A DNA stretch of 64,000 bases from positions 3,805-67,804 of the forward strand of contig CBFIEQ010000001.1 in NCBI GenBank assembly GCA_965661645.1, written 5' to 3'. Shown here one piece after another: positions 52,697-62,424 of this stretch. The notes under the pieces were generated by a model. That model did no database searches. It saw nothing but the letters and a program-made list of their open reading frames with translations, and was not told the origin of the DNA. How positions within the stretch are numbered: position 1 is the first letter of the stretch; every line of letters starts with the position of its first letter. The DNA is from an uncultured Aquiluna sp. (GTDB taxonomy: Bacteria > Actinomycetota > Actinomycetes > Actinomycetales > Microbacteriaceae). The position numbers and the translations under genes were made by a program.

Positions 52697-53433
52697 TTCA
52701 ACTCCAAAGCATCGCCAAGGGTTTCAATTTGCAATCTCGAAAGCTCTGCCGTTGAGCTGAGTGCGAGCTCCAAGAGCTTGTTCAGCTCATCACGATCGAA
52801 TGGTTCGGCTTCCGCAGTACCCTGCACTTCGACAAAAAGCCCGCGGCCAGTCACGACAACGTTCATGTCAGTGTCTGCCCTAACGTCCTCAACGTATTCA
52901 AGGTCAGAAACGGCTACTCCATCGACAATCCCAACCGAAACCGCAGAGACTGTGTCAATGATTGGTTTGGCAGATTTCGGGATATGGCCACGAGCTTGGG
53001 CCCATGCGATCGCATCCACCAAAGCCACAAAAGCACCGGTGATTGCCGCTGTTCTGGTTCCGCCATCAGCCTGCAAAACATCGCAGTCGATGACGATCGT
53101 GTTCTCCCCAAGCGCCTTGTAGTCAATGACTGCTCTCAAGGATCTGCCAATCAACCTTGAAATCTCATGAGTGCGACCACCGATCTTGCCCTTCACGCTC
53201 TCGCGGTCAGAACGGTCATGGGTAGCGCGCGGCAACATCGCGTATTCGGCCGTCACCCAACCCTCACCGGAATCCTTTTTGAACCTTGGGACTCCCGGAG
53301 TAAAAGACGCATTGCACAGCACCTTGGTATTGCCAAATGAGACTAGACATGAGCCTTCAGCGTGGATGGTGTAGCCGCGCTGAAATGTCACTTCGCGCAT
53401 TTGCTCTGCCTTGCGATCGTTTGGTCTAGTCAC
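52693..53433 (-). CDS. rph: Ribonuclease PH
   Basis: [25 protein letters not shown] and QADGGTRTA motifs. Confidence 0.98.
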   Translation of the reverse strand: MTRPNDRKAEQMREVTFQRGYTIHAEGSCLVSFGNTKVLCNASFTPGVPRFKKDSGEGWVTAEYAMLPRATHDRSDRESVKGKIGGRTHEISRLIGRSLRAVIDYKALGENTIVIDCDVLQADGGTRTAAITGAFVALVDAIAWAQARGHIPKSAKPIIDTVSAVSVGIVDGVAVSDLEYVEDVRADTDMNVVVTGRGLFVEVQGTAEAEPFDRDELNKLLELALSSTAELSRLQIETLGDALELK

Positions 53434-54247
53434 TGGTAGTCCTTCGTTCTAGGTGATCCACATTTGAAACCTCAGGTCCCAAAAATCTTCTTGCCAACTC
53501 TTCAAATTGTGCGGCGTCACCGGTGGCAGAAAACTTATAGGTTGGCAAGGCGTTCTCAGGTGCCAGGAGCTCGTGCTTTGTAAGAACAGCAAAAACATCC
53601 TTTGCGGTCTCATCGGCCGATGAGACTAGGTTTACCGACTCCCCCATAACGTAGGCAAGCGCTCCCTTGAGAAGCGGATAGTGAGTGCAACCAAGCACCA
53701 GGGTGTCAACCCCTGCATTTTTTAGTGGCGCAAGGTAACTCTCCGCTGCTTCAAGGAGCTCCGGGCCAGAAGTTACGCCTCGCTCCACAAACTCAACGAA
53801 TTTCGGGGCAGCATTTGAGGTGATCTCGAAATCTACCGCTGCGGCAAATGCATCGTCGTAGGCGCGTGAAGAAATGGTGGCCTCGGTGCCTATGACTCCG
53901 ACTTTTTTGTTCCGACTGGTTCCAACAGCAGTTCTTACCGCTGGTTGAATCACTTCAACCACTGGAACGCCAAGTTGCTTCGTATAGCGCTCCCTGGCAT
54001 CTCGCAGTACCGCGGCGGAGGCTGAATTGCACGCAATCACCAAGAGCTTTACACCTTTAGCAACCAGTTCGTCCATGACCTCTAGTGCGAAGCGGCGAAC
54101 ATCCGAGATCGGTTTCGGTCCGTAGGGAGAATTCCTTGTGTCGCCAACGTAGTGGATTGATTCGTTTGGCAACTGATCAATAATTGCCCTTGCCACCGTG
54201 AGCCCACCGACTCCGGAGTCAAAAATGCCAATTGGCCTCGTATCCAT
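53426..54247 (-). CDS. murI: Glutamate racemase
   Basis: [17 protein letters not shown] and LGCTHYP motifs. Confidence 0.98.
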   Translation of the reverse strand: MDTRPIGIFDSGVGGLTVARAIIDQLPNESIHYVGDTRNSPYGPKPISDVRRFALEVMDELVAKGVKLLVIACNSASAAVLRDARERYTKQLGVPVVEVIQPAVRTAVGTSRNKKVGVIGTEATISSRAYDDAFAAAVDFEITSNAAPKFVEFVERGVTSGPELLEAAESYLAPLKNAGVDTLVLGCTHYPLLKGALAYVMGESVNLVSSADETAKDVFAVLTKHELLAPENALPTYKFSATGDAAQFEELARRFLGPEVSNVDHLERRTTSD

Positions 54248-54290
54248 CTGGGCAAGTCTATGCCTCGATATTGCTCGCTAGGCTGATTGC

Positions 54291-55562
54291 GTGTCCACTG
54301 CACTACTAACCGATCGCTACGAACTCACCATGGTTCAGGCCGCCTTGAAATCAGGTAAGGCTTCAACCCCGTGTGTTTTTGAAACCTTCGCACGCAAATT
54401 GCCCTCGGGCAGACGATTTGGTGTTGTCGCGGGCACGGGCAGGCTAATAGAGGCCCTGGCTGAGTTTAGATTTTCAGAACACGAACTTGAGTTTTTGGCA
54501 TCCAACAAGGTGGTAGATCAACTCACCCTCGACTTTCTAGCAAACTTCAAATTCAGCGGTGACATTTCTGGCTACCGAGAGGGTGAGCTTTACTTCTCAA
54601 ACTCCCCGATACTCACGGTCGAAGCAAGCTTTGCCGAGGGGGTTCTGATTGAAACCCTGCTGCTTTCAATTCTCAACTACGACAGCGCTGTCGCCTCAGC
54701 AGCAGCAAGAATGCGAATTGCCGCAACCGATCGCTACCTGGCAGAAATGGGCGCGAGAAGAGCGAACGAGAGTGCTGGGGTGGCTGCAGCTAGAGCTGCC
54801 TACATTGCTGGCTTTGATGCCACTTCAAACCTCGAGGCTCACCGAAGTTATGGAATTCCTTCGATGGGAACAAGTGCCCACTCGTTCACCCTGCTTTATG
54901 GAACCGAGCAGGAGGCATTCAAAGCCCAGCTCGCCTCCATGGGGACCGGAACAACGCTTTTGGTTGACACCTATGACATAGATGCCGCAGTAAGAAGTGC
55001 AGTAGAGCTGTCGAATGGAGAAATTGCAGCGGTCAGGATTGATTCGGGCGATCTGAGTAGTACCGCATTACGCGTTAGAGCCCTTCTTGACGAGCTTGGA
55101 GCAACCAAGACGAAGATTGTAGTGACAAGCGATTTGGACGAATACACAATTGCCGCTTTGCAGGCGGCTCCAGTTGATCGATACGGGGTTGGGACCTCGC
55201 TCGTCACAGGCAGCTCACACCCAACAGCTGGATTTGTCTACAAACTCGTCGCCCACAAAGCTGAATCAGGTTGGGTGTCGGTTGAAAAGCTATCTGAAAA
55301 CAAAGCTTCCAAAGGTGGCAAAAAACTTGCCACCAGGGCCTTGGTTGACGGTGTCGCGACTTTAGAGCAGGTCGGAAGTCCGACCGATGGTCGCGCTCTA
55401 CAGATCCCTCTCCTCTTGCAAGGTCAGCCGGTTGATTCGAGTTCGCAGCAAGAACTTGTTCAGCGAGCCAGAGAGCACCACAAAGCGGTGATGACAGAAC
55501 TTCCAGAGACTGGACGACGTCTATCGCAGGGTGAGCCGGTTATCCCAACTCTCTTTAGCTAG
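54291..55562 (+). CDS. pncB: Nicotinate phosphoribosyltransferase
   Basis: LLTDRYELTM, EMGARR, GTSAHS, LVDTYD and RIDSGD motifs. Confidence 0.96.
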   Translation: MSTALLTDRYELTMVQAALKSGKASTPCVFETFARKLPSGRRFGVVAGTGRLIEALAEFRFSEHELEFLASNKVVDQLTLDFLANFKFSGDISGYREGELYFSNSPILTVEASFAEGVLIETLLLSILNYDSAVASAAARMRIAATDRYLAEMGARRANESAGVAAARAAYIAGFDATSNLEAHRSYGIPSMGTSAHSFTLLYGTEQEAFKAQLASMGTGTTLLVDTYDIDAAVRSAVELSNGEIAAVRIDSGDLSSTALRVRALLDELGATKTKIVVTSDLDEYTIAALQAAPVDRYGVGTSLVTGSSHPTAGFVYKLVAHKAESGWVSVEKLSENKASKGGKKLATRALVDGVATLEQVGSPTDGRALQIPLLLQGQPVDSSSQQELVQRAREHHKAVMTELPETGRRLSQGEPVIPTLFS

Positions 55563-55786
55563 TCCTTCTTGAGTTTTTCGAAGATCTTTTTGCAGTCTGG
55601 GCAAACCGGGAACTTTTCGGGATCCCTAGATGGCACCCAAACCTTGCCACACAGCGCAATTACGGCACTTCCCATCACAGCAGACTGAACAATCCGGTCC
55701 TTCTTCACGTAGTGAGAGAACCGTTCGTGATCACCTTGATCTAGAACTACCTCCTGCTCTTTGAGCAGGTCTGTATCGTTTGCCAT
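55559..55786 (-). CDS. DUF3039 domain protein
   Basis: GDHERFSHYV, ALCGKVWVP and PVCPDCK motifs. Confidence 0.92.
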   Translation of the reverse strand: MANDTDLLKEQEVVLDQGDHERFSHYVKKDRIVQSAVMGSAVIALCGKVWVPSRDPEKFPVCPDCKKIFEKLKKD

Positions 55787-55791
55787 GGGAT

Positions 55792-56991
55792 CTAGCCTAG
55801 GTCCGCAGCGTCACCGAGCGTGACATCAAATGAGCGCTTGTTGGAACCGCGCAAGACTTCGACCTGAACCTTTGCCCCGGCCGCCTCCGCTCGCACTAGG
55901 GCGGTCAGGTCTGCCGAGCTGTTCACTCGCTGTCCCGCGAACTCAACCACAACGTCACCGGCGCGAATGCCCGCAAGCTCTGCAGCACCGCCCTCGGTTA
56001 CTCTTTCAACAAAGGCCCCAGTAGAAAATGATGAGTTTTCTTGAGTATTGTCCCGAACCAAAGCACCTAGCAATCCATGAGTTGCATAGCCAAGTTCGAT
56101 GATCTCATCAGCGATTCGACTTGCCGTGTTAGATGGAATGGCAAAGCCAACTCCGATGCTGCCTGCCTCACCGTTACCAGCCGTCGCAATTGCCACGTTG
56201 ATTCCGATCAGCTCACCAAACTCATTCACCAAAGCACCTCCGGAATTACCCGGATTGATTGCAGCGTCAGTTTGAATCACCTTGATAGAGATTGGGGCCG
56301 CGCCGCTACCGGTCCAAAACTGCAGCCCGCGGTCCTCGCTCACCTCGGAACTGGCAACCTGAATGGTTCGATTCAAAGCGGAAACGATTCCCTCGGTCAC
56401 GGTTGAGGTTAGGCCGAGCGGCGCACCGATAGCCACGACGTTCTCACCAACATTGATTGCCTCTGAGTCTGCAAAGGTGATGGTCTTCAGACCCTCCATG
56501 TCGACCTTAATTACGGCAAGGTCATAGACGCTGTCGAATCCGACTAGTTCAGCAGGGACAACTAATCCATCCCATAACCTCACGGTGACAATTGCGGTTT
56601 CGGTCATTCCACCAAGCGTGACAACATGGGCATTGGTCAGAATGTAGCCGTCCTGTGTGAGGATCACTCCAGAGCCAGATCCAGAACCAGAAGTTGAAGA
56701 AACCGAAAGCGTCACGACCGAAGGCGAGGCCTCAGCAGCTGCTCCGGTAACCCAGTTCACGCTCTGCGTGTTGTTAACAACGACCGGAGCCGGCTGGGCA
56801 AAATTCAAATAAGACAATGTAAATGTGCTAGAGCCAACAATCCCTCCAACCAAGGCAGCGCTCATCGCCAGAGCTGCGATCGCTAGCGGGCGAAATGGCT
56901 TGCGCTTTTTGGGCTCTTCCGATTTGACGGGCGGAGTGTAGGGAGAATTGAAGTTGAACTGGCTATCGCCACTTCTGTTCCATTCGTGCAT
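55792..56991 (-). CDS. HtrA/DegP-like serine protease with PDZ domain
   Basis: TM anchor; TNAHVV, DLAVIK and QTDAAINPGNSGG motifs; C-terminal PDZ. Confidence 0.96.
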   Translation of the reverse strand: MHEWNRSGDSQFNFNSPYTPPVKSEEPKKRKPFRPLAIAALAMSAALVGGIVGSSTFTLSYLNFAQPAPVVVNNTQSVNWVTGAAAEASPSVVTLSVSSTSGSGSGSGVILTQDGYILTNAHVVTLGGMTETAIVTVRLWDGLVVPAELVGFDSVYDLAVIKVDMEGLKTITFADSEAINVGENVVAIGAPLGLTSTVTEGIVSALNRTIQVASSEVSEDRGLQFWTGSGAAPISIKVIQTDAAINPGNSGGALVNEFGELIGINVAIATAGNGEAGSIGVGFAIPSNTASRIADEIIELGYATHGLLGALVRDNTQENSSFSTGAFVERVTEGGAAELAGIRAGDVVVEFAGQRVNSSADLTALVRAEAAGAKVQVEVLRGSNKRSFDVTLGDAADLG

Positions 56992-57033
56992 CAGAGATAC
57001 CTTTCGTCGCTGCGACGATTATGTCCAACAAAG

Positions 57034-57072
57034 CTGGAAGCATAATGAATCCAAGCTGAACGTATTCTGATT
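57034..57072 (-). promoter_or_regulatory. Four 11-bp-phased hexamers upstream of htrA (OmpR/MprA-type site)
   Basis: Minus-strand AATCAG, GTTCAG, ATTCAT, TTCCAG at exact 11-bp period, followed by a CATAAT -10. Confidence 0.55.
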
Positions 57073-57778
57073 AGTCTCTCAGCAAACTCCTTCGAGGTGG
57101 ATCGATTACCTGAAGCGATAACGTATTTGAGTTCAGGCTGGCACTTGCAGCTCCCAAAACCCAGTTTGCACTCGGCAATCGGTAATCAATCCGGTACTGA
57201 ACATTGGCATAGGCGGCCACAGTCGCCGGATCACTGAACGCAACCACCAACGAAGAACCCGAGCCGCTTTGCCCATCTGAGAAAGTCCAACCCACGCCAC
57301 TTGGAACAAACCGAATCTCAGCCGGTGAGCCAAAGAGCGATCCGCCATGGGTGCCGCCGCCGAGATTGACACCAAAAGACACTGGCTCGGTTATCTCAAC
57401 TTCTCGATTGGGACTGAAGTAAGCAAATGGCGCTGTGGCGTAGGCCGTGAAGACATCCATCACCTGCTCCTCGATTGTCCTGACCACGGGCGCGTATTCA
57501 ACAGGCGGTGGATCGCCAATGCAAAGCCTGGAACCGACATCGATCCAAGCCGTGATGATAGAAAGCGTCGGGACGTCGATCGTGCCGTTCACGTAATACG
57601 AGCAAAGTCGCTGGGGCTTTGGTGTGGATGGATTAGAGACACTTGACTCGGTCTCCTGCTGAATCGAGCAAATTGTGTAACCGGCTCCAGTTGCCGTTGG
57701 ACATTCACTCTCGCATATTCCAAGGGCTGCCCCAGTTGCGTTGCAGCTTGCAGCCAGAATCGCGAGCTCAACTAACAT
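57071..57778 (-). CDS. Secreted Cys-rich protein with a C-terminal PKD-like beta domain
   Basis: Hydrophobic N-terminus, six Cys in the first 90 aa, WTFSDGQSG motif; overlaps the upstream gene's stop. Confidence 0.7.
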   Translation of the reverse strand: MLVELAILAASCNATGAALGICESECPTATGAGYTICSIQQETESSVSNPSTPKPQRLCSYYVNGTIDVPTLSIITAWIDVGSRLCIGDPPPVEYAPVVRTIEEQVMDVFTAYATAPFAYFSPNREVEITEPVSFGVNLGGGTHGGSLFGSPAEIRFVPSGVGWTFSDGQSGSGSSLVVAFSDPATVAAYANVQYRIDYRLPSANWVLGAASASLNSNTLSLQVIDPPRRSLLRD

Positions 57779-58161
57779 CCTTCACCCACCAACGTAATCT
57801 CGGAAATCAAGCCATCTTGAATAGCGACGTTGACCAGTTGGCGCTCTTTTCGATCCAGTAGCACCGGTTGCCCAAGCGCATTTCTAAAGGAGGTTGCGGA
57901 GACATCGAGGCAACTCTCAAAAAGGGCGGGACCTAGCTGCCTGGTCTTTGAGAACGTGCTGACTCCATAGCCGGTGAGCCCAAGCTCAGCAACCAAATCA
58001 TTTGTTTGAGTGGCGCTTTCAAGTGCTTCGCCGGCAAGAAAACTCGTCAAGTCAGCCTCAAGCGCTGCCGCCCTCGCATAGTCATTCAAAAGAGCCTCGG
58101 TCGCATCCGACCCTGAAGCACAGCCGGTAAGAAAAAGTGTCAGAAAAAGTAGATATCGCAT
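57772..58161 (-). CDS. Hypothetical lipoprotein
   Basis: MRYLLFLTLFLTGC lipobox; CLDVS and terminal GEGC give a possible disulfide. Confidence 0.75.
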   Translation of the reverse strand: MRYLLFLTLFLTGCASGSDATEALLNDYARAAALEADLTSFLAGEALESATQTNDLVAELGLTGYGVSTFSKTRQLGPALFESCLDVSATSFRNALGQPVLLDRKERQLVNVAIQDGLISEITLVGEGC

Positions 58162-58199
58162 CTGCGAAAGTTAGCGAACTTCTAGAAAACGTGAATTTA

Positions 58200-58209
58200 G
58201 TTATCCACA
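58200..58209. promoter_or_regulatory. Perfect DnaA-box-like site TTATCCACA in the lipoprotein promoter
   Basis: GTTATCCACA at 58200-58209, 26 nt from the TAACTT -10 (58168-58173). Confidence 0.55.
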
Positions 58210-58212
58210 AGT

Positions 58213-58243
58213 AAAAACCCCTCCCAGCACAAGCTGGGAGGGG
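58213..58243 (-). terminator. Intrinsic terminator of tRNA-fMet
   Basis: 11-bp stem CCCCTCCCAGC/GCTGGGAGGGG followed by TTTTT on the minus strand. Confidence 0.9.
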
Positions 58244-58246
58244 AAT

Positions 58247-58323
58247 TGGTTGCGGGGGCAGGATTTGAACCTACGACCTCCGGGTTATGAGCCCGGCGAG
58301 CTACCGAACTGCTCCACCCCGCG
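58247..58323 (-). tRNA. Initiator tRNA-fMet (CAT)
   Basis: CGCGGGG...CCCCGCA-A-CCA with a C1:A72 mismatch, GGG/CCC anticodon stem and CAT anticodon. Confidence 0.97.
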
Positions 58324-58356
58324 GCGAAGTTCAAACTCTAGCAGGTTTGCTGGGGG

Positions 58357-61215
58357 TTAGTCCAGCGCAGCTAGGGCATCCTCGATTGCAAGTGCGAGTC
58401 TCTGGTCAGCCTCACCAAAGGCCTCCCAGTCACCAGCGCGCAGGGCAGCTTCCTTGTCGGCAAGAGCTGCGGCAGCGGCATTCAGGGCGGCATCCAAAGC
58501 AACGTTGCCCGAGTCAGCACTTTGCGAATCATCTGGTTCAGCAATGTCTCCATCGCCGGTCACAGCACCGGAGTCACCACCAAAGAGCTGATCCAATGCC
58601 TCCTCCAAGGTGTCCTCAAAGGCAATCTGGTCACCGAAGGCGACAAGAATCTTCTGTAGAAGCGGGTAGCTGGTCTCACCAGTTGACTCAATGTAGACGG
58701 GCTGAACGTATAGCAGTCCACCACCAACCGGCAGGGTCAACAGGTTTCCGTTCAATACTCGAGTGGAACCCTGACGCAATATGTTCAAAAGCGAAGAAAC
58801 ATTGCTGTCTGCGTTGAAGTTGTTTTGAACCTGACCAGGTCCTGGGACAACTGTCTCTCTGGGGAGATTCAACAGCGTTAGCTTTCCGTAGTCATCGGAA
58901 ACCTGACCCGCTTCCCTCCCGGCGTCAGCATTTGCAATCAGATAACCGGTAAGAACGTTTCTTGTGGTTTCTCCAGTCGATTGCGGGATGAATGTGGAGT
59001 AAAGCGAGAATGCGCTCTCAGTCTGACCAGGAGCTTGCATGGTCAGGTAGTACGGAGGCTGCAAAGTTCCAAGTCCCGTTCCACCAACAGGGTCATTAGG
59101 AGTCATCCAAGCATCCTGCTGAGAGTAGAAGGCTCCCGCTTCAGTCACGTGGTAGCGACCCAAGACCGAGCGCTGCATCTTGAATAGGTCACTTGGGTAC
59201 CTGATGTGAGACATCAGCTCTCCGCTGATATCAGACTTGGGCGAGATTGTCTCTGGGAACACTTTCATCCAGGCCTGCAGGATTGGATCCTGCTCATCCC
59301 ATTGGTAGAGCTCAACCTTGCCGTCATAGGCATCAACAGTTGCCTTGACGGAGTTCTTGATGTAGTTGATTTGGCCAGTCTGGCGGTTGAAGGTCTCGGA
59401 AGAAGAGTCCAAGATTGCCAGATTGAATGCCTCGAGGTTCGAGTATGGGTAGTTGGTGCTGGTGGTGTAACCATCAACAATCCACTTGATTCGCCCATCG
59501 ACCACTGCTGGATAAATTTCAGAATCCACAGTCAAAAACGGAGCGACCTCGGCGATACGCTCTGCTGGAGTCCTGTTATAGAGAATCTGTGACTCTGAAT
59601 TGATTGCATCGGAGAGCAAAATCTGCTCGCTCTGGAACTTCAAAGCGTAAGCAATGCGGTTGAAGATGTTTCCAACCGATGGGCCACCATTGCCGCCGAA
59701 TGTCGTATAGGTCTCGCGCTCACCATCCTCACCGGCTGGGAAGTCAAACTCGAGCGGCTCTGCCCCCGCTGGCGCTCCAACTATGGAGTAGAGCGGAGAG
59801 TTAGCACCGAAGTAGACACGGGGCTCAAAATCACCGAGCTCACCAACCGATGGAATACCTGACTGCAAGAACACTGGCTTGCCATCACTGTCACGCTTGT
59901 TGCCGTAGGCCGCTGCAATTCCAAAACCGTGCGTAAACACAATTGTGGAGTTGTACCACGACTGTGATTCACCAAGACCAGCCTGGTTCAATTCACGAAC
60001 TGCAATGACGGTGTCTTGTACCTCGCCATCGATTTCGTAGCGTCCGACATGCAGTCGATTCGGGAAGCTGTAGTACTGGCGGTACTGCTCGAGCTGACGG
60101 AAAGCATCAGACACCAGTGCCGGGTCCAAAATACGAATAGAGGCAGTGGTCTTAGCATCGTTTCGAAGAGCACCTGGCTCGGCAACAATTGTCGCGTCGT
60201 ACTCAACAACATCAACATTTTCAAGGTCGTACGCCGCCCTAGTTGCATCGATGTTGCGCTGCAAAAATGGTGCCTCGAGAGTCCTCTCGTTTGGAACCAC
60301 CTGGAAAGTTTGAACGATCCATGGATACAGCCCACCCAGAACTAGGGAGCTAACCACCATGAGTGCGGTAGCAATGATTGAGATTCGCCACTGGCCAATG
60401 AATGCAGTGACCAAGAACGCTGCAGCAACCGCCAGAGAGATGAGTGCCAAAATCTGGAGGCCTGGAATCACCGCGTTGGCATCTGTGTAATTCACGCCGG
60501 TGAACAGGGCACCGGAAGTCACTGCTGTGGAGTACTGGTCAAGCCAGAGGCTGACACCCTGCACAATTAGGTAGAGCGCCACCAAGATTGCCAACTGAAT
60601 TCGCGCCGGTTTTGACACCTTCACGTCACGTCCTGTTATGCGGATTCCGCCGTAAATCAGGTGCACGGCGCCATTGATTAGAGCTGCTAGAAGGATCGCG
60701 CCAGAGATGTAACCCGCCACAAAAACATAAAAGGGCAGATCAAAAACGAAGAAGCCAGCATCCAAGCCAAAGTGCGCATCGGTTGAACCGAAATCCCCAC
60801 CGTTCAGCCAAAGAGCTGCGGTCTGCCACTCCCTTGAGGTGACCAAGCCACCAAAAAGCCCCAACACGGCAGGAGTTCCAATCATGACAACCTTGCGTAA
60901 ACCCTCCAAGAGCTGCTGATAGGCAGCGAATGGGGACTCATCGGGCATCTTGAGGTAAATCGGCCGGGTCTTCCATGCAAACGTGAGCGCTATCGAGATG
61001 ATGATGGCCATGATTGTGAAGCCAACCAGGAACGCAACTAGCTGAGCCAAAATTTCCGTCACGAACACCACTTCGTAACCTAGGTTCTCAAACCAAAGCC
61101 AATCTGTGTAAATGCCGGCGGCACTGAACAGAACAAAGATGATCGCACCCAAAATACCTAGTGCGATCGAGAGCGGTGAAACTCTCCTGTTTGCTGTAGC
61201 TGCTGGTTGTGTCAC
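58357..61215 (-). CDS. UPF0182 family membrane protein
   Basis: YTDWLWF, FTHGFG, WIVDGYTTS, NYIKNSVKATVDAYDG and LLYVQPVY motifs. Confidence 0.95.
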   Translation of the reverse strand: MTQPAATANRRVSPLSIALGILGAIIFVLFSAAGIYTDWLWFENLGYEVVFVTEILAQLVAFLVGFTIMAIIISIALTFAWKTRPIYLKMPDESPFAAYQQLLEGLRKVVMIGTPAVLGLFGGLVTSREWQTAALWLNGGDFGSTDAHFGLDAGFFVFDLPFYVFVAGYISGAILLAALINGAVHLIYGGIRITGRDVKVSKPARIQLAILVALYLIVQGVSLWLDQYSTAVTSGALFTGVNYTDANAVIPGLQILALISLAVAAAFLVTAFIGQWRISIIATALMVVSSLVLGGLYPWIVQTFQVVPNERTLEAPFLQRNIDATRAAYDLENVDVVEYDATIVAEPGALRNDAKTTASIRILDPALVSDAFRQLEQYRQYYSFPNRLHVGRYEIDGEVQDTVIAVRELNQAGLGESQSWYNSTIVFTHGFGIAAAYGNKRDSDGKPVFLQSGIPSVGELGDFEPRVYFGANSPLYSIVGAPAGAEPLEFDFPAGEDGERETYTTFGGNGGPSVGNIFNRIAYALKFQSEQILLSDAINSESQILYNRTPAERIAEVAPFLTVDSEIYPAVVDGRIKWIVDGYTTSTNYPYSNLEAFNLAILDSSSETFNRQTGQINYIKNSVKATVDAYDGKVELYQWDEQDPILQAWMKVFPETISPKSDISGELMSHIRYPSDLFKMQRSVLGRYHVTEAGAFYSQQDAWMTPNDPVGGTGLGTLQPPYYLTMQAPGQTESAFSLYSTFIPQSTGETTRNVLTGYLIANADAGREAGQVSDDYGKLTLLNLPRETVVPGPGQVQNNFNADSNVSSLLNILRQGSTRVLNGNLLTLPVGGGLLYVQPVYIESTGETSYPLLQKILVAFGDQIAFEDTLEEALDQLFGGDSGAVTGDGDIAEPDDSQSADSGNVALDAALNAAAAALADKEAALRAGDWEAFGEADQRLALAIEDALAALD

Positions 61216-61225
61216 GTGCTATCTC

Positions 61226-62293
61226 CTAGTTGGTGCATCCGAGTGGGGGAAGGCTCTGGCCTGATGCCAAAGCCTCCACCGCGCTTTTTGCTTCTGATAA
61301 GTCTCTCACTGCTACGACATTCAAGCCAGTTGGCACCGAGACGACGACTTCATCGCAGTTTCCAAAGGGTGCCAAAAACAGATCTGCTCCGGCTTTTTGG
61401 GCAGCAATCATCTTCAGGTCTATACCTCCGATGGGACCCACTTCACCGCTTGGAGAAATGGTCCCGGTTCCTGCAACATGATTAGCCCCAGCCATAGAGC
61501 CTGGCGTTAGGGCATCAATAATGCCGAGGCTGAACATCAGCCCTCCGCTTGGCCCTCCAACATCCCCAAGCTGCAATTCAACACTGGCTGGAAATTCGTA
61601 GGTGTAGCCAATCATTGCTCCAATCACATAGGCATCATTTTTGAATTCCGGTGTGATCTCGAGAGTCAACGGCTCACCATCCCTCATCACAACAATGGTC
61701 ATCGGCTGACCAAGGCTCTCTTGTATCTCCGAGCGCAACTCATCAAAGGTGGTGACCTCAACACCTCTAGCCTCAAACACAAGATCGCCAGCGATGAGTA
61801 ATTGGGAAGCAGGGGTGCCTTCAATTACTGAGGATATGTAAAGGTTTCTTGGGACCTCGTATCCCAGCTCACGCAGTGCAACAGCGATTGCATCCTGTTG
61901 CGAGATCTCCATCTGAGCGGTTGATTCCGCTCTTACCTCTTCGGTGCTGCGGTTGGGTGGATAGACCTCATCCAGTGGCAAAACGATTTGCTCTGGATCT
62001 GCCCAAGCAAAAACAACCTGAACCCAATTTGGAGTTGATTCGCGGTTGCCAAGTAGCGAGACCGTGGTGATGTCGAATCGGGATTCTGAGGGGAAGACTT
62101 CAAGGTCAGAACTTGAGATAACAGGTTTTTCGTTGATTTCACCCATCACATTGAAAACCTGACCCGGTCTCTCAATTACATATCCGGTGGGCATCAGAAA
62201 AACCCCGCCAAGTGCTATCAGGAGCACACTGAAGGCACTCCAGCCGGCTAGCGATCGCTTGGTTCGCTTTTGAGGGCTCGAGAAAAAAGTCAT
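61226..62293 (-). CDS. PDZ + Lon-protease-like (S16) membrane protein (YlbL family)
   Basis: GGPSGGLMFSL and AGTGTI...VGPIGGIDLK motifs. Start at ATG 62293, leaderless (TAGCAT). Confidence 0.9.
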   Translation of the reverse strand: MTFFSSPQKRTKRSLAGWSAFSVLLIALGGVFLMPTGYVIERPGQVFNVMGEINEKPVISSSDLEVFPSESRFDITTVSLLGNRESTPNWVQVVFAWADPEQIVLPLDEVYPPNRSTEEVRAESTAQMEISQQDAIAVALRELGYEVPRNLYISSVIEGTPASQLLIAGDLVFEARGVEVTTFDELRSEIQESLGQPMTIVVMRDGEPLTLEITPEFKNDAYVIGAMIGYTYEFPASVELQLGDVGGPSGGLMFSLGIIDALTPGSMAGANHVAGTGTISPSGEVGPIGGIDLKMIAAQKAGADLFLAPFGNCDEVVVSVPTGLNVVAVRDLSEAKSAVEALASGQSLPPLGCTN

Positions 62294-62340
62294 TGCAATA
62301 ATGCTAGGTTCCCTGGGCAAAACTTCGTTTAGTGAAACTA

Positions 62341-62355
62341 ACGCCCTCGGCGAAC
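62341..62355. promoter_or_regulatory. ClgR-like operator
   Basis: The minus strand reads GTTCGC-CGAGG-GCGT, matching GTTCGC-N5-GCG; it lies between two divergent protease genes. Confidence 0.55.
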
Positions 62356-62424
62356 ATGGGAAAACCCTGAGTGTTGGTTCTTGGTTCCACGCTTGAGCTC
62401 AGGGTAGCGTCATAGCTGAAAGGG

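Noticed and set aside
58200-58209. Replication origin suggested by a perfect DnaA box
   Set aside because: Single box, no cluster, no AT-rich unwinding element, and no dnaA/dnaN nearby; treated as a promoter element instead.
57071-58323. Possible genomic island integrated at tRNA-fMet
   Set aside because: No integrase, no duplicated tRNA 3' end, and no obvious compositional shift.
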